The translations under genes were made by a program, and so were the position numbers. A stretch of 23,773 bases of DNA. Source: Candidatus Fraserbacteria bacterium (lineage in GTDB: Bacteria > Bipolaricaulota > Bipolaricaulia > RBG-16-55-9 > JANLFV01). Shown here piece after piece: positions 8,701 through 16,302 of this stretch. Position 1 is the first letter of the stretch. The number at the start of each line of letters is the position of its first letter. The notes beneath the pieces are model-generated. The model saw nothing but the letters and a program-made list of their open reading frames with translations. It ran no database searches and was not told where the DNA came from. The stretch covers positions 24,778 through 48,550 of the forward strand of contig JBBIJD010000004.1 in assembly GCA_037446135.1 (NCBI GenBank), written 5' to 3'.

Positions 8701-11581
8701 GTCCCCCCGGGGGCGATCGTCCCCAGGCTCCAAGTGACGGCGTGGGTCCCTGGGTTGTAGGAGCCACTAGGGTTGGAACTGAGGTATTCGACCCCGCTCG
8801 GGAGGGCATCCTCGAGGACCACATTCGTGGCTGCAGTTCCGCCGAGGTTCCGGAGCTTCAGCGTATAGCTGAAGGGCTCCCCTACGATTGCCGTGCTCGG
8901 GCCGGTCTTCTCCAGGGTCAGTGCGGGAAGGGTATGGGCCACGGTATCCCATGTGGCCGTGACTGGGCCGTAGTCGTTCCCCAGATAGTCCTCCCAGGTG
9001 AGGCTGAAGAGATCATGCAGCACGGTATTATCCGGGACCGAAGGGGAGATGTAGACCGTCACCCAGCCGGGGATTGAGGCACCCGGTGGGACATTCCCCA
9101 GATACCAGGTGACGGTGTTCTGAACCGGGTCGTAGACCGCGGTATGGCTCGAGCTGAGGAAGCTCACCCCGCTCGGGAGGTAATCGACCAGGACAACATT
9201 GTAAGCGGTGCTATCGCTGGTATTGGTCAGCGTCCCAGTGTAAGTGAGTGGCGAGCCGACGGTCGCCTCGGTCGGGCCGAACTTGGTGATCGTCAAGTTC
9301 GGCGGCTCGATCGTCACTGGGGTGATCGTTGGGTCGCTCGGGGTCGGTGTATCCGGATCGTCGGTGAGTAATGAGCCGAAGTTCGTCCCCCCGACCGTCC
9401 CCTGGTTGGCCACGCTGGTGAAGCCATCGGTCCCGATCGTGACTCGGAAGTAAATTCGCACCGCGGCTCCAGGGGCTAGGCTCCCGATGTTCACTCCCAC
9501 GGTCGTATCTCCCGGGGAATTCCCACTAGTCACGAGGCAGCCGGGGCAAGCGGAGATATCGACGCTCCCTGCGATCAGGCTGGTATTGAGGTCAGGGGTA
9601 TCACTGAAGACCATTCCCTGGGCCGGGCCAGTCCCGCTATTGCTGATAACTACAGTATATTCCAGTGTATCTCCCGGGCTGGGGACCCCATCCCCGTCGG
9701 CATCGACTGCTAGGGTTGCGCTCTTGGTGGCCCGGACCGCAGGGGCGAGCACGACCGCGCTCACTCTGACGAAGGCATCATCGTCGGCGGTGAGAGTCGC
9801 CCCGAGTGACTGACCGGTAGCGGTGGCGACATTCCGGTTCGGATTCGTCGTATCAGCGGAGGGGGTCGCCCGGGCGCGGAAGCGGACGGTCTGCGACCCG
9901 CCCGGGTTGATCGTCCAGTTCGCGTCCCAAGTGAGTATATAACCACTGCTCAGGTCGCCCGTGATGGAAGTCGGGTCCGAAGGGCTCCCGCTCCCGGTGA
10001 GATACTCCCATCCCGGCGGGAGCTTATCGACCAAGTCCACGCCGGTGGCCTGGGCAGCCGCGGCTGGAACGCTGATCACGATGGTGAACCCCGCTTCCTC
10101 GCCGACCTGGACCTCGGTGGGAGCGATGCTCTTCTCGACCTGCAGGGCAACCTCGATCCACTCAGCCGGGAGCGGGAGCGTCGTATACCCCATGTCAAGA
10201 TACGGTGTCCCGGTCCCGGCCTTGAGCGGGCTCTCACCCCAGGCCACGGCCACAAGGTCGGTGCTCACGATGTGCATCCCGGTGTTATCGTTATTCCTGC
10301 CGTAGACCTCGATCGACTGGAGTCGGTTCAAATTGTAGGTGGCATCGAAGACGCCATCGTTGGGGCCGAAATCGACGAAGACCGCCGTATTGTTGTTGAG
10401 CGCCGTCACATAGACCGGCGAGCCATTGGCAGTCCGATTCGAGGTCCCCGGCGCCCAAGAGACATAGTTATCGGTGGTGAGGAAGTTGGTGGGGATCAGG
10501 TCGTAGCCCCAGTCCCAGGTGGCTGAGCCAGTATCTCCCGCCGCGATCCCCCAGAAGGTGTCACTCGACTGGAGGTAAGCCCCGGAGTTGGCAGGGATGT
10601 ATCGTCCAGCCCCATCGCGATAGGACCTGGTCTTCCCCGCGGCGATGGTGAATGAGCCCGAGCCTGAGAGGTCCTGGAAGTTGATGGTGATCTGATAGGA
10701 ATTAGGATTATAAAGTAGAGGTTGGTGTAGCTGTTCCTGCTCGGCCAGCTCGGGACGGGGGCTACATAGCTCTTGCCCCAATAGGCCCGTGGTGTGAGGG
10801 TATAGCCCCGCATCTCTGAGGCCCCACCGGAGTTGAACCGTCCAGTCATGAGCTGGGCCTGGATCTTCCCGGATCCTGAGACCGTGGTCCCCGCGCCCTT
10901 GACCTCGTAGACGGCGGTCTTCCCCCGATTGAGGGTAGTGGAGAGGCCCGGCCCTGCCGGGTCGGTGATCTGGATGGAATTTCCGTTCGAGCCGGACATC
11001 ACCAAGAGCCAGACTTTGCTGAAGTCAGTGTAATTCGTCGGGGCTGCAGCGAGATTCTCCCCGACGGGAACGACATAGCTGGTCTCCCACGCTTGGAGGG
11101 GGTAGATCTCCCAAGCGTCGGTGAAGACCGTCCCCGGCGACTCCGGCCAGATCGAGACAACGAGTTGGAGCAAACTCCCGGCCACGAAGATCCGGTCCCC
11201 GCCGTCGTAGTAGGTCCCGGCCCCCCTCGGGCTGGAGGGGATATTGCTGCTCTCGAAGTAGTAGACCTGGCCCTTGTTAAGGCTGACGATTTGGTCTCCC
11301 GCTGCCCCCGTGAGCAACCCATTCTCCCAGTGGTCGTAGTAGACGGTCGTGTTATCGGCACTAGCTGTGACCCCGATTACATAGTGCATCCCCGTGCTCA
11401 CCGCTGGATCGTTATCGATGTTCACGAAGATCGGGCGGGCCAAGTCCGCCGGGAGAGGGAGATAGAACTCCTGGAACCCCGCGGGTAAGGCCCGGGCCTC
11501 GGGCCCATTTGCTACGAGCAAGAGGAAGAGACCCAAAAGAGGAGAAAGTCCTTTTAGGATCAGGTTATTAATCCTCATCAC
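5781..11581 (-). CDS. Large secreted adhesin-like protein (~1,933 aa if joined), interrupted by a 1-nt frameshift at ~10712: IgGFc-binding-like head, 9 DUF11, dockerin, cohesin, T9SS/FlgD-like CTD
   Basis: ORF 10496..11581 has a GGAGGAGG RBS and a signal peptide. ORF 5781..10781 has neither. They join as ...NSYTNLY(F)|YNPNSYQITINF... Repeated P..W...Y.VP motifs in the head. Dockerin GDVNQDGRIDLADA...IDIRDAI. CTD VFDLAGQRV...VANGVYLYLIEV...KLVILK. Confidence 0.8.
6750..10146 (-). repeat. Array of nine DUF11 Ig-like repeats (~115-150 aa each)
   Basis: Recurrent L.i.K.gP.....G..lTYT....N.g...A.nv...D.LP.G..y.SS.........vTW.lG.i.PG. Repeats 3 and 5 share DNA words at a 735-nt offset (tggctcgagctga at 8410 and 9145). 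Boundaries approximate. Confidence 0.85.
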
Positions 11582-11656
11582 CCATCGACCTCCTCCAGGC
11601 CCCGATGGAGCTAGGCTCGGCCGACTCTGATTTTAGGTTACCCTCCTGTAGGATCA

Positions 11657-11686
11657 AGTGTAGAACATTTGTCCGGCACTTGTCAA
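11657..11686 (-). promoter_or_regulatory. sigma70-type promoter for the cohesin/dockerin operon
   Basis: Minus strand TTGACA (11686-11681), 18-nt spacer, TACACT (11662-11657). Confidence 0.6.
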
Positions 11687-11704
11687 ATCTCCGCACCCGG
11701 TGAA

Positions 11705-11720
11705 GGTGATCTAAATCACA
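11705..11720. promoter_or_regulatory. CRP/FNR-family-like binding site
   Basis: GGTGA-TCTAAA-TCACA versus CRP consensus TGTGA-N6-TCACA (9/10 match). Centred about -62 from the predicted minus-strand start site. Confidence 0.55.
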
Positions 11721-11771
11721 GACGATCGATGGGGGAGAACCTAAGCTGGCTCTGTCTGGAAGGAGGGGGAA

Positions 11772-12221
11772 ATGCTGAAGGAGTTTAAAGAGTTCGCCCT
11801 GCGGGGGAATGCAGTGGATATGGCCGTGGGGATCATCATCGGGGCGGCCTTCGGGGCGGTCGTGGCCTCCCTGGTCGCCGATGTGATCATGCCCCCGATC
11901 GGGCTGGCCTTGGGGAGGGTCGACTTTGCCAACCTCTTCTTAGTGTTGAAACAAGGGAGCCCGCCGGGGCCTTATCCCTCCTTGGCCGAGGCTAAGGCCG
12001 CCGGGGCGGTCTCGATCAACTACGGGATCTTCTTGAACACGATCATCAGCTTCCTGATCGTGGCCTTCGCGGTCTTCCTGGTCGTCCGCTCCATCAACCG
12101 GCTGAGGCGGAAGGCCGAGGCCCCGCCTCCGGCGGAGCCGACGACCAAGGAGTGCCCCTACTGCCTCTTTCAAATCCCTATCAAGGCCAGTCGCTGCCCA
12201 TACTGCACATCTGAGCTGTAG
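11772..12221 (+). CDS. mscL: Large-conductance mechanosensitive channel with C-terminal zinc ribbon
   Basis: [46 protein letters not shown]; tail KECPYC...RCPYCTSEL. Strong RBS. Confidence 0.96.
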   Translation: MLKEFKEFALRGNAVDMAVGIIIGAAFGAVVASLVADVIMPPIGLALGRVDFANLFLVLKQGSPPGPYPSLAEAKAAGAVSINYGIFLNTIISFLIVAFAVFLVVRSINRLRRKAEAPPPAEPTTKECPYCLFQIPIKASRCPYCTSEL

Positions 12222-12269
12222 CTCATGGCCTTTCTGGCTTGGTCAGATCGGAGCAGAACAGAGAAGGGA

Positions 12270-12299
12270 CCGGGCGGCTCATCCAAGCTAGCCGCCCGG
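12270..12299. terminator. Hairpin between convergent genes, possible bidirectional terminator
   Basis: CCGGGCGGCT-N10-AGCCGCCCGG perfect 10-bp stem; no strong U-tract. Confidence 0.45.
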
Positions 12300-12319
12300 C
12301 TTGAACCACTAGTCCTAGA

Positions 12320-13198
12320 TCAGATGAAGGCGATCTCGATCCAGATCCCCGCGACCACCTCTCCGGCCCCGTTCAGGGCCTCGATGAAGAAGAAGTGGCT
12401 CTCGAATAGATCGCCCGTGGCCGTCAGATAGCCGCTGATCCGTCCCGTCGCCGGGTCGAGGGCCAGGCCCAGCTCCGCGAGCGGCTCGTTGGTCCACCCC
12501 AGCCCGGGGACAGAGCTCCAGATCACGCTATGAGGCGGGGCCTCACGGAAGGTCACTGGCCCGCCAGCGAGCCGGAGGAGCTCTCCCATGATGTGATCGG
12601 GGATACTGAAGGTGATCTGGGCCCCGAGCGCCTCGGCAGGGTTGAGGATGTGCTTGATGAAGAAGTCCGGGGGACGGCACTGCGGGCAGGGCTGGCAAGG
12701 CTGATAGCACCAGCAGGGTTGGCAGGGCTGGTAGTAGCAGTAATATGGCTGGCAGGCGCAGCCCGGCTTGACGGTGAAGTAGGCCATACCGGAAGCACAG
12801 ATCGTCTGACAGCAACAGCCCTCGGTGATCGTGGCGCTCGCGGCCACATAGACCTGACGGAGGCCGGCCGGGCCGGCCTTGGCCCGGGCCACGAAGACCC
12901 CGGTGGCCACGGGGACGAAGTCCCAAGTGATGTAATGCCGGAAGCTCGAGCCGGAGTCATAAGCGATGTCGATGTAGGCCAGCTCGATCCGCGATGCGAC
13001 CGGGACCCCACCGAGGAGGACCCGGACGGTGATCGTGACCAATTCGCCCGTCTGGTATTCCGGCTTGTCGGTAGAGACCACGACCGCTAACTCCGCTGCC
13101 TGTGCCTGAGCTTGAGGCCCGAAAGCCATAGCCACGGCCGCGGCCATGCCGCAGAAGAGCAGGAGGAGCAGAGTAACGGAACTCTTTCGTAGGGCCAT
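12320..13198 (-). CDS. Secreted protein, 292 aa: MG2-like Ig domain, Cys/Gln/Pro-rich linker, putative Ig (He_PIG-like) domain
   Basis: ATG 13198 lies 8 nt after AGGAGG. Signal peptide, then VSTDKPEYQTGELVTITVRV, CQP repeats and GLALDPATGRISG. Confidence 0.7.
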   Translation of the reverse strand: MALRKSSVTLLLLLFCGMAAAVAMAFGPQAQAQAAELAVVVSTDKPEYQTGELVTITVRVLLGGVPVASRIELAYIDIAYDSGSSFRHYITWDFVPVATGVFVARAKAGPAGLRQVYVAASATITEGCCCQTICASGMAYFTVKPGCACQPYYCYYQPCQPCWCYQPCQPCPQCRPPDFFIKHILNPAEALGAQITFSIPDHIMGELLRLAGGPVTFREAPPHSVIWSSVPGLGWTNEPLAELGLALDPATGRISGYLTATGDLFESHFFFIEALNGAGEVVAGIWIEIAFI

Positions 13199-13280
13199 GC
13201 ACACCACCTCCTCTTAAGTGGGAAGGGCCTTAAAGGGCGAGGGCCCGACTGCGCCCACTCTTAGTTGGCAGAGCTAGGAG

Positions 13281-13367
13281 CTAATAGCCCCCGGAGCCGG
13301 TGAGGAACGCGAGCAGCGTGATGAGCCAGATGAACCAGAAGCCGAAGAGCCAGACCCACCAATACAT
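13281..13367 (-). CDS. Small hydrophobic Trp/Phe-rich peptide, 28 aa (MYWWVWLFGFWFIWLITLLAFLTGSGGY)
   Basis: AGGAGG RBS 9 nt before ATG 13367, TAG at 13283-13281, GC-ending codons, own promoter directly upstream. Absent from the ORF track. Confidence 0.65.
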   Translation of the reverse strand: MYWWVWLFGFWFIWLITLLAFLTGSGGY

Positions 13368-13396
13368 CTACCACCACCTCCTGTCCGTCGAGGGAG

Positions 13397-13425
13397 AGGA
13401 TAGCATAAATCGCCGCGATTTTCAA
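13397..13425 (-). promoter_or_regulatory. sigma70 promoter with palindromic operator in the spacer
   Basis: TTGAAA-17 nt-TATCCT with extended -10 TG; perfect inverted repeat AAATCGC-C-GCGATTT at 13407-13421. Confidence 0.65.
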
Positions 13426-13612
13426 TCCCCACTCCAGAGGAGGGGAGGTGGGGAGGGCTTGGCCTGCGGCCTAGGCCGCCATCCCGGAGCTGCTGGGGAA
13501 AAATCCCGCTGGGGAAGCGGGCAAAACCCTGGCAACCTCGCGGGACTTGCACCACTTACGGGTCGGCCAAGCCCTTCCGTTAAGGAGGTGATAAGGACCA
13601 AAACCCGATGTT
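13426..13612 (-). ncRNA. Putative structured non-coding RNA or long 5' leader, family unassigned
   Basis: Promoter immediately upstream. An 11-bp closing stem (13454-13464 with 13565-13575) encloses several hairpins. No credible ORF. Ends approximate. Confidence 0.45.
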
Positions 13613-13618
13613 CGCCCC

Positions 13619-13646
13619 ATTTTACCAAAGCCCAGCCGGTTTGCAA
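13619..13646 (-). promoter_or_regulatory. sigma70 promoter driving the putative ncRNA
   Basis: TTGCAA-16 nt-TAAAAT with extended -10 TG, followed by GGGGC. Confidence 0.55.
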
Positions 13647-13665
13647 GTGGCCCTCGAGCGGCGGC

Positions 13666-13694
13666 TTTACAAGCGGGCGGGGATCGGCTAGATT
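13666..13694 (+). promoter_or_regulatory. sigma70 promoter giving a leaderless trmY transcript
   Basis: TTTACA-17 nt-TAGATT, then 6 nt to GTG 13701; no SD. Confidence 0.6.
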
Positions 13695-13700
13695 GGGGCC

Positions 13701-14312
13701 GTGCGGCTCTTCATCGTCCTCGGTCATCGCGCGGCGATCACACCCGAGTTCAATTTGAGCGACCTCCCGGGGAGCGCGGGGCGGCTCGATCTCCTCTGCC
13801 GGTGCGTTACCAGTTCCTTCTGCCTCTCGCATGCCCTCCGGCGGGATACCGAGCTTTACCTAGTGCTGCAGGACCAGGTCACCTTGAGGTTCATCGGCTC
13901 CCGGCTCCGGCATCTTAACCCCGATGAGCGCTCGACCGCCGCCCTGATCCAGAAGGCCCTTCACCTCCGCGGGGCACTCCGGGGCGAGAGGGAGTTGGAG
14001 TCTACCCCCGGGATCTTCATCTCCAACCGCGGTCTCTCCCAGGTCTTGAGCGAAGTAAAGACGAGGGTGGATCAGCTCTTCCTCCTCCATGAGACCGGTT
14101 TACCGATCCGGCGGGCCGAACTGACGGGGAACCCCGGGTTCGTGCTGAGCGATCATCTCGAGTTCCAGCCCGAGGAGCTGGCGTTGATGGCCGATCTTCC
14201 CCGGCTCTCACTTGGCCCGAAGAGCCTTCACACGGACCATTGCATCGTCATCGTTCACAATGAGCTGGACTTACGCTCCTCTGCCGGGCCGTGTTACAAT
14301 GGGGCAGAATGA
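13701..14312 (+). CDS. trmY: tRNA (pseudouridine54-N1)-methyltransferase-like SPOUT protein (DUF358)
   Basis: DLPGSAGRLDLLCRCV, LSHALRRD, LNPDERSTAALI, ESTPGI, FVLSDH, SLGPKSLHTDHCIVIVHNELD. Confidence 0.9.
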   Translation: MRLFIVLGHRAAITPEFNLSDLPGSAGRLDLLCRCVTSSFCLSHALRRDTELYLVLQDQVTLRFIGSRLRHLNPDERSTAALIQKALHLRGALRGERELESTPGIFISNRGLSQVLSEVKTRVDQLFLLHETGLPIRRAELTGNPGFVLSDHLEFQPEELALMADLPRLSLGPKSLHTDHCIVIVHNELDLRSSAGPCYNGAE

Positions 14313-14548
14313 AGTATGTGACGGTCTACCGCGCCTGGGGCGAGGCCGAGGCTCAGGTCGTGCGGGCCCTCCTAGAGAGCTCGGGAGTGAAGTGCCGGAT
14401 CCGCGAGCACGGGCCGCAATCGCTCTATCCCGTCACCGTCGATGGGCTGGCAGAGGTCCAGATCATGGTCCCCCAAGAGGCTGAGGCCGAGGCCCTAGCG
14501 ATCGTCCGTGCCTATCGCGAGGGCGAGCACCTCGAAGAAGATGATTGA
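14309..14548 (+). CDS. DUF2007 / putative signal-transducing protein, 79 aa
   Basis: MKYVTVYRAWGEAEAQVVRALLESSGV...GLAEVQIMVP...AEALAI. ATGA overlap with the trmY stop. Confidence 0.8.
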   Translation: MKYVTVYRAWGEAEAQVVRALLESSGVKCRIREHGPQSLYPVTVDGLAEVQIMVPQEAEAEALAIVRAYREGEHLEEDD

Positions 14549-15185
14549 CGAGTTCGAGCGAGACCGTCGGGAGATGGTCTTGGACCTCCAGCGGCGGGGG
14601 ATCAGGGACGAACGGGTCCTCGAGGCGATGTTCAAGATCCCGCGGCACCTCTTCATCGCCCGGTCGCTCTGGCACCTCGCCTACGGGGACCATCCCCTCC
14701 CGATCCCCGCGGGCCAGACGATCTCCCAGCCCTACATCGTGGCCCTGATGGTCGAAGCCCTCGCGGTCCAGGAGGAGCACCATGTCCTGGAGATCGGGAC
14801 CGGCTCGGGCTATCAGACGGCGATCCTCGCCGAATTGGCTGCCGAAGTCTATACCGTCGAGAGGGTGGCCGAGCTCCTCGAGGGGGCCATGCGTCTCCTC
14901 GGTGAGCTCGGCTATCGGAATATCCACTTCCGCCTTGGAGATGGGACCCTGGGCTGGGCAGAGCACGCCCCCTATGACCGGATCATCGCCAGCGGCTCGG
15001 TCCCCCAAGTCCCGGCCTCGTTGCTCTCCCAGCTCGCTGACCCCGGTCGGCTCGTGATCCCCACGGGGGACCGTCACCTTCAGGACTTGGTATTGGTCCA
15101 GAAAGTTGGAGGACTGATCTTCCGGGAGGAGCTGGTCCCCTGCAGTTTCCTCCCCTTGATCGGGAAGGAGGGTTGGCAGGAATGA
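14541..15185 (+). CDS. pcm: Protein-L-isoaspartate O-methyltransferase
   Basis: [61 protein letters not shown]. Confidence 0.95.
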   Translation: MIDEFERDRREMVLDLQRRGIRDERVLEAMFKIPRHLFIARSLWHLAYGDHPLPIPAGQTISQPYIVALMVEALAVQEEHHVLEIGTGSGYQTAILAELAAEVYTVERVAELLEGAMRLLGELGYRNIHFRLGDGTLGWAEHAPYDRIIASGSVPQVPASLLSQLADPGRLVIPTGDRHLQDLVLVQKVGGLIFREELVPCSFLPLIGKEGWQE

Positions 15186-16228
15186 TCGACCTACGGAGCG
15201 ATACCGTGACCAAGCCGACTCCAGGGATGAGGAGGGCGATGGCCGAGGCTGAGGTCGGAGACGATGTCTACGGCGAGGACCCGACGGTCAACAAGCTCCA
15301 GGAGCGGGCGGCTGAGCTTTTGGGCCTGGAGGCGGCTCTCTTCGTCCCCTCGGGGACGATGGGGAACCAGATCGCGGTCAAGGTCCACACCCGTCCCGGA
15401 GATGAGGTGATCCTCGAGGCCGACTGCCATATCTTCAACTACGAGCTGGCGATGATGGCCGCCTTCTCGGGGGTCATGCCTCGCCCGATCCGGACCGCCC
15501 GAGGGGTTCTGCCCCTGGAGGCCGTGGAGGAGGCGATAAGGCCCCCGATCTACTACCTCTCGCGGACGGGGCTGATCTCTATTGAGAATACTCATAATCG
15601 GAAGGCCGGGGCAGTCTATCCCCTGGAGGCAGCCCGGGAACTCCTGGAGTTCGCCCACTCGAGAGGGATCCCGGTCCACCTCGACGGGGCGAGGATCTTC
15701 AATGCCGCGGTCGCCTTGAGTCTCCCCGCCCGGGAGCTGGTCCGGGGCTTCGACTCAGTGATGTTCTGCCTCTCCAAGGGGCTCGGTGCACCGGTCGGAT
15801 CGGTCCTCCTCGGCTCGCAAGCCTTCATCGAGGAGGCCCGCCGTATCCGGAAGATGCTCGGCGGGGGGATGCGCCAGGCCGGGATTCTAGCGGCCGCCGG
15901 GCTCTATGCCTTGGAGAACCATATCGCTCGCCTCGCCGAGGATCACGAGAATGCTAAGCTCCTCGCCTCAGGGCTGAATGAGCTCGAGGGGGTCGAGCTC
16001 GAGCCGGTGGAGACGAACATCGTCATCTTCTCGCTCAACGGGATGAGCGCCGAGGAGTTCGCCACCCGGATGAGGGAGCGAGGGGTCCTGGTCCACGCGA
16101 TCGGGCCGAGGCGGATCAGGCTGGTCACCCACCTCGATGTGAGCCGGGAGCAGGTCCTGGAGGCCGTCCGCGCGGCCCGGGAGGTCCTATCTCCTCTTCG
16201 GGCCGGACGGGCTGGAAGACCGACTTGA
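15182..16228 (+). CDS. ltaE: Low-specificity L-threonine aldolase (PLP)
   Basis: [62 protein letters not shown]. Confidence 0.95.
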   Translation: MIDLRSDTVTKPTPGMRRAMAEAEVGDDVYGEDPTVNKLQERAAELLGLEAALFVPSGTMGNQIAVKVHTRPGDEVILEADCHIFNYELAMMAAFSGVMPRPIRTARGVLPLEAVEEAIRPPIYYLSRTGLISIENTHNRKAGAVYPLEAARELLEFAHSRGIPVHLDGARIFNAAVALSLPARELVRGFDSVMFCLSKGLGAPVGSVLLGSQAFIEEARRIRKMLGGGMRQAGILAAAGLYALENHIARLAEDHENAKLLASGLNELEGVELEPVETNIVIFSLNGMSAEEFATRMRERGVLVHAIGPRRIRLVTHLDVSREQVLEAVRAAREVLSPLRAGRAGRPT

Positions 16229-16302
16229 CTTGACTCCCCAGGACCGGCTCGGCTAGGGTGAGCAGGTCCATACTCTTAGCTTAGCAAAGGGAGGCAAGAT
16301 AG

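Noticed and set aside
2758..11581. True cellulosome for polysaccharide degradation
   Set aside because: No recognisable glycoside hydrolase, CBM or multi-cohesin scaffoldin in the window.
13430..13600. SAM-I riboswitch, 6S RNA or tmRNA identity for the structured intergenic region
   Set aside because: SAM-I-like words (CUUAUC, GGGCUUGGCC, GGUGCAAGUCC, GGCAACC) are split between strands and the P1 closure is missing. There is no end-to-end 6S rod and no tRNA-like 3' end.
13581..13691. Plus-strand small ORF (ATG 13608, 27 aa) after TAAGGAGGTGAT
   Set aside because: The strong SD is ~15 nt from the ATG, the ORF runs across two predicted promoters and the peptide is featureless.
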